Shown here piece after piece: positions 59,973-64,000 of a DNA stretch of 64,000 nucleotides. The notes under the pieces are model-generated. The model did not search any database and was not told where the DNA came from. It saw only the letters and a program-made list of their open reading frames with translations. The translations under genes were made by a program, and so were the position numbers. Position 1 is the first letter of the stretch. Each line of letters opens with the position of its first letter. Source of the DNA: Eledone cirrhosa (Eukaryota); assembly GCA_964016885.1 (NCBI GenBank), contig OZ024749.1:48422001-48486000 (forward strand). Reading direction: 5' to 3'.

Positions 59973-60602
59973 GTGTTATGAATTATCCGTGATGATTTTG
60001 TTGTATATGTTGTTGTCATTATTATCAATTGAGACAAACAAATATGTTCCAAAGAATAATCAATACATAGACAGTCACAGACAAAACTTAATGTTCGATT
60101 ATAAAAGTAACATCATAAATAAAAACACCCACACATACTATAGATGAGCGGAGAAATAGCAAGAAATGTAAATAGTGAATTATTATAAGTCCTGAAAGTG
60201 TGGTTCAAAATTAATCATATATATATTGAGACCAACAAACATTCAGAAGCCTGCATATAGTATATAAACTGATTTTTTCTCCCATGCCTCTAGGCTAGAT
60301 TTTGTTATCTCGAATTTAAGGAAGTTGTCCCTGATATCTAGACTATTTTGGTAAGTCGAGAACAGGGAAAAGCCTAAGCGACCTTTTATCTGACGTATAT
60401 GAGGAGGTCGCAAAATGACAAGCAGATAAGCAGATACTGTGCAAAATAACAAGCAGATAAGCAGATATAATCTAAGAATGGAGTTGTTCACACGTACGTA
60501 GGCCTAGGTAATGCAAATGAAACAATTCAACACATTGCAAATGAAGTCAACTACTGAGTAACAGTTGCTTCATACATCAATCTGGGCAAGTAAATAAGCA
60601 AC

Positions 60603-60761
60603 GAAAGGGTCGGACCCCATGCTTTGACGCATAGAGTAACGGCCCTTGCCATTCTCAGTTCAAATCCCGCCGAGGTTAACTTTGCCTTTCATCCTTACGG
60701 GGTCGATACAATAAAGTGCCATTAATACGCTGGTCTTGTTACAAAAGTAGAAACAATTATT
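60603..60761 (+). mobile_element. tRNA-derived Meta-domain-type SINE
   Basis: GTTCAAATCCCGCCGAGGTTAACTTTGCCTTTCATCCTTACGGGGTCGATA..AAAGTAGAAACAATTATT. Confidence 0.85.
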
Positions 60762-60780
60762 AGGCATTTGCAGTTTTTTA

Positions 60781-61053
60781 TCATATATCGTCACAAAAGT
60801 CAAATTCCGGAAAAGTGCCCCTTTCAAAGAAAATACGATAATCTCGCGGGGAAGAAAACACACTTCTTTCTATAGGGGCAGTAAAAGCAATATGAAGGTT
60901 TCTGTCCTGTGTAGCAAATGATATAGAAGCAATCGTTTGTGCTACTCTACCTGTAGCAGCAACAGTTACACAGACGGTTGCAATAAAGAGAAAGACATAA
61001 AAATAGTATTCTTCGATGCCTGAAGCAAACGATGCAGAATCAATTTTTCCCAA
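60781..61053 (-). pseudogene. Possible degenerate PIF1/Helitron helicase fragment
   Basis: VTVAATGRVAQTIASISFATQDRNLHIAFTAPIE loosely resembles AVASSGIAATLL.GGRTAHSAFKLP. Eye-level similarity only. Confidence 0.2.
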
Positions 61054-61804
61054 TCAAACAAAAATGGCATAAAACATTGAATCTTTCTCAGTGTCACGGA
61101 GATTGTAGAAAATATGTTTTACACATGCGCAATTCTCTGCTGACAGATGGGCTTAGATAACTTTTCTTCATTTGCTCACATCCAATTCTTAGGCTTTCAG
61201 TATCCCTTGTGAGGAATGTGGTAAAAAAATACATGCGCTAGACGAAAGAAAAAAAATAAAAGCTAAGGAATAGTGTCAGTTCTTTGAAAAAAAGCAAATG
61301 GATTACATCATATATATATAGTTTAGATGTAGCTAAAATGTGTCAGAAACGGAGAAGGTTGTGTTTAAGGTCAGATACATTCATGCCCTGTAAGCTGTCT
61401 ATCATTGAGGCTACTAGCTACAACATGGAAATTTGCTTTCGGCATTCAGTCATGACAGGCTGCCTTATATTTCTGAAACTATTTGATGCTAAAATCTCCA
61501 GGAATAGTTTTGAAATTTTCAAAATTTGAGACGAAAAATATCTTCTATCAGATGCAGTCTACCAGCAGCCTACCATAGAACATAAATTAATGCAGCAACG
61601 TTTTCTGTCAGATTCACTTATCTGATAGGGATTTTGTTTTAAAAATCATGTTTGGAAAAGCTCTATGCTTCGCTTAATTCTCCTCTATAACACATATGTA
61701 CAAACAAATGTATTGACGAACGCAATATTTATATAAATATAAAAGAAATTCAATCATAATGAATATACAAAACAGACAGAAACATGCTTGCATGTATGCA
61801 AATA

Positions 61805-61823
61805 TGTATGAATGTATGTATGC

Positions 61824-61854
<31 letters not shown>

Positions 61855-61910
61855 TGTATGTATGTATGTATGTATGTATGTATGTATGTATGTATGTATG
61901 TATGTATGTG
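61805..61910. repeat. (TATG)n microsatellite
   Basis: Direct reading. Confidence 0.95.
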
Positions 61911-62205
61911 TGTATGTGTGTATATATGTGTGTAACTGTGTATGCATGTGTGTATAGAAATGAGCGGAAATCTATTAGAACAATGCAGACTAACAAATAT
62001 TGTTAAAAAACCACCTGGCTCTCTTGAGAATTCTCATTATTTGTATTCCAGTTTCTAGAAACCCTTCCTCATGTTTATATATATATATATTCCAGAGATA
62101 TTTAAGTGAACACACACACACACATATAAATATATATATATATATACAAATGAACATATATCTGACTGTATTATACAATTGTATGAACGACTCATATAAT
62201 CTACC

Positions 62206-62264
<59 letters not shown>

Positions 62265-62528
62265 CACGTATATGTGTATTTGTGAGTGTCTGTGATTTCA
62301 ATGAAAATGTAGAGAAAGAAAAAGAATGCAGTTAATACATGAAATTTGTATGAAACAAGACGCATTGTGAGTAGAACCGGAAGAAGGTTTAAAATATTCT
62401 CTGTAAAGAAATTTAGTAAGATTACGAATTGTAATTGTAATCTATATTGCAGAGATTACACTGAAGAGGTGCCTTTCTCTCACCCATTTCCTCTTCCTAT
62501 ATCTCCCAAGTGTGCGTTCAGACACACA

Positions 62529-62606
<78 letters not shown>

Positions 62607-62731
62607 AACACACATACACACACATACACGCACACGCGCGCACACCTCACATTCACACATACAGTCACACCCAAACACGTCAGTTCAGAATTACAGAATG
62701 GTTTTCAATCGAAACTCTGTTACGTCTACTA

Positions 62732-62753
62732 GTATTATTATTATTATTATTAT

Positions 62754-62834
<81 letters not shown>

Positions 62835-62855
62835 CAGTAGTAGTAGTAGTAGTAG
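62732..62855. repeat. (TTA)n(TAG)n microsatellite
   Basis: Direct reading. Confidence 0.95.
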
Positions 62856-63059
62856 TTTGGAGGAAGGTGTGATTAGATTAAGGGACAAGGAAATGTGAGA
62901 AAGGATGGGGCGTTTGTTGGTGAAGGTTACATAGGGTATGAAAGCAGGATAATTCGAGTAGATAGCAATGTATTGTGTTAACAAAAGTAATAAACGCACA
63001 CCACACACAGGTGAGCCAACACAAAGCCACATACGCACACCGGGACATATACATACACT

Positions 63060-63108
<49 letters not shown>

Positions 63109-63111
<3 letters not shown>

Positions 63112-63262
63112 CATCAGGGTTCCTGAAGATTTCCTCCGAATGAAAGAGTTCTAGTCCTGTAGAAGCCTTTCTATATTAAATATTTATATTCTGCTTTGTA
63201 TTGAGTACTTTACTTACTCTGGTTAACCCCCCCCCCCCCCGATTGAACACGAGATAAACTTG
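63109..63262 (+). mobile_element. Family D element, hammerhead co-oriented with tail, 10-bp fold-back stub
   Basis: AATCATCAGG stub, then GGTTC CTGAAGA TTTCCTCCGAAT GAAA GAG TTCTAGTC CTG TA GAAGCC. GTATTGAGTAC at 63198-63208. (TA)n on both sides. Confidence 0.85.
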
Positions 63263-63310
63263 CATATATATATATGTATATATATACACACACACATATA
63301 TATATATATA

Positions 63311-63617
<307 letters not shown>

Positions 63618-63680
63618 ATATATATATATATATATTATATATATATATATATATATTTATATATACATATATAGAGATAG

Positions 63681-63718
<38 letters not shown>

Positions 63719-63735
63719 CGAGATAGAGAGATGAG

Positions 63736-63783
<48 letters not shown>

Positions 63784-64000
63784 AGAGAGGAGGAGGTAAA
63801 TGAGAGAGGAGATGGAAAGGTACCGAAAGAGTGAGATATATCTAGAGAGAGAGAAAGAGAGAAAGAGAAAGGAAAGGGGTGAGAAGAAAGGGTTGACATG
63901 TTTTCTAAGAATCTTAGTGTATGTAGAAACGCTAAAGTCAAGAATGCGTATGAAGTTTAACTTAAATCTATACGAGAACAAGATCAGATTTAGAAAAAGA

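Noticed and set aside
60418-60467. ACAAGCAGATAAGCAGATA direct repeat (period 31)
   Set aside because: Ordinary local slippage duplication.
62461-62490. CTGAAGA followed by a GGTG/CACC hairpin
   Set aside because: No GAAA follows; not a hammerhead.

Overview
AT-rich, microsatellite-saturated animal DNA. It is probably cephalopod (Octopus-like); this is inferred from the tRNA/Meta-domain-type SINEs and the extreme (TA)n/(CA)n/(TAA)n density, not from a search. Almost all ORFs in the track are microsatellite artefacts and no multi-exon host gene can be supported (one candidate exon at 51282-51404, minus strand). Recognisable coding relics are two Dong/R4-clade RLE-LINE fragments in (TAA)n, an RTE-LINE fragment, and a bipartite non-autonomous RTE derivative in two copies. 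The main hidden signal is a set of short non-coding elements embedded in (TA)n tracts. They carry type-I hammerhead ribozyme (HHR) motifs, share 3' terminal motifs (GTATTGAGTAC; AAGTGAAC; ACCTCCTMC), and repeatedly show a fold-back arm ending at an internal TATA fused to the flanking (TA)n. The most striking is a 676-bp unit with ~55-bp terminal direct repeats (38279-39009) containing a complete hammerhead core whose helix II carries a 77-nt branched insertion. This is a retrozyme/Penelope-like element (PLE) candidate of unusual design. All folds were derived by eye and need computational and biochemical confirmation.
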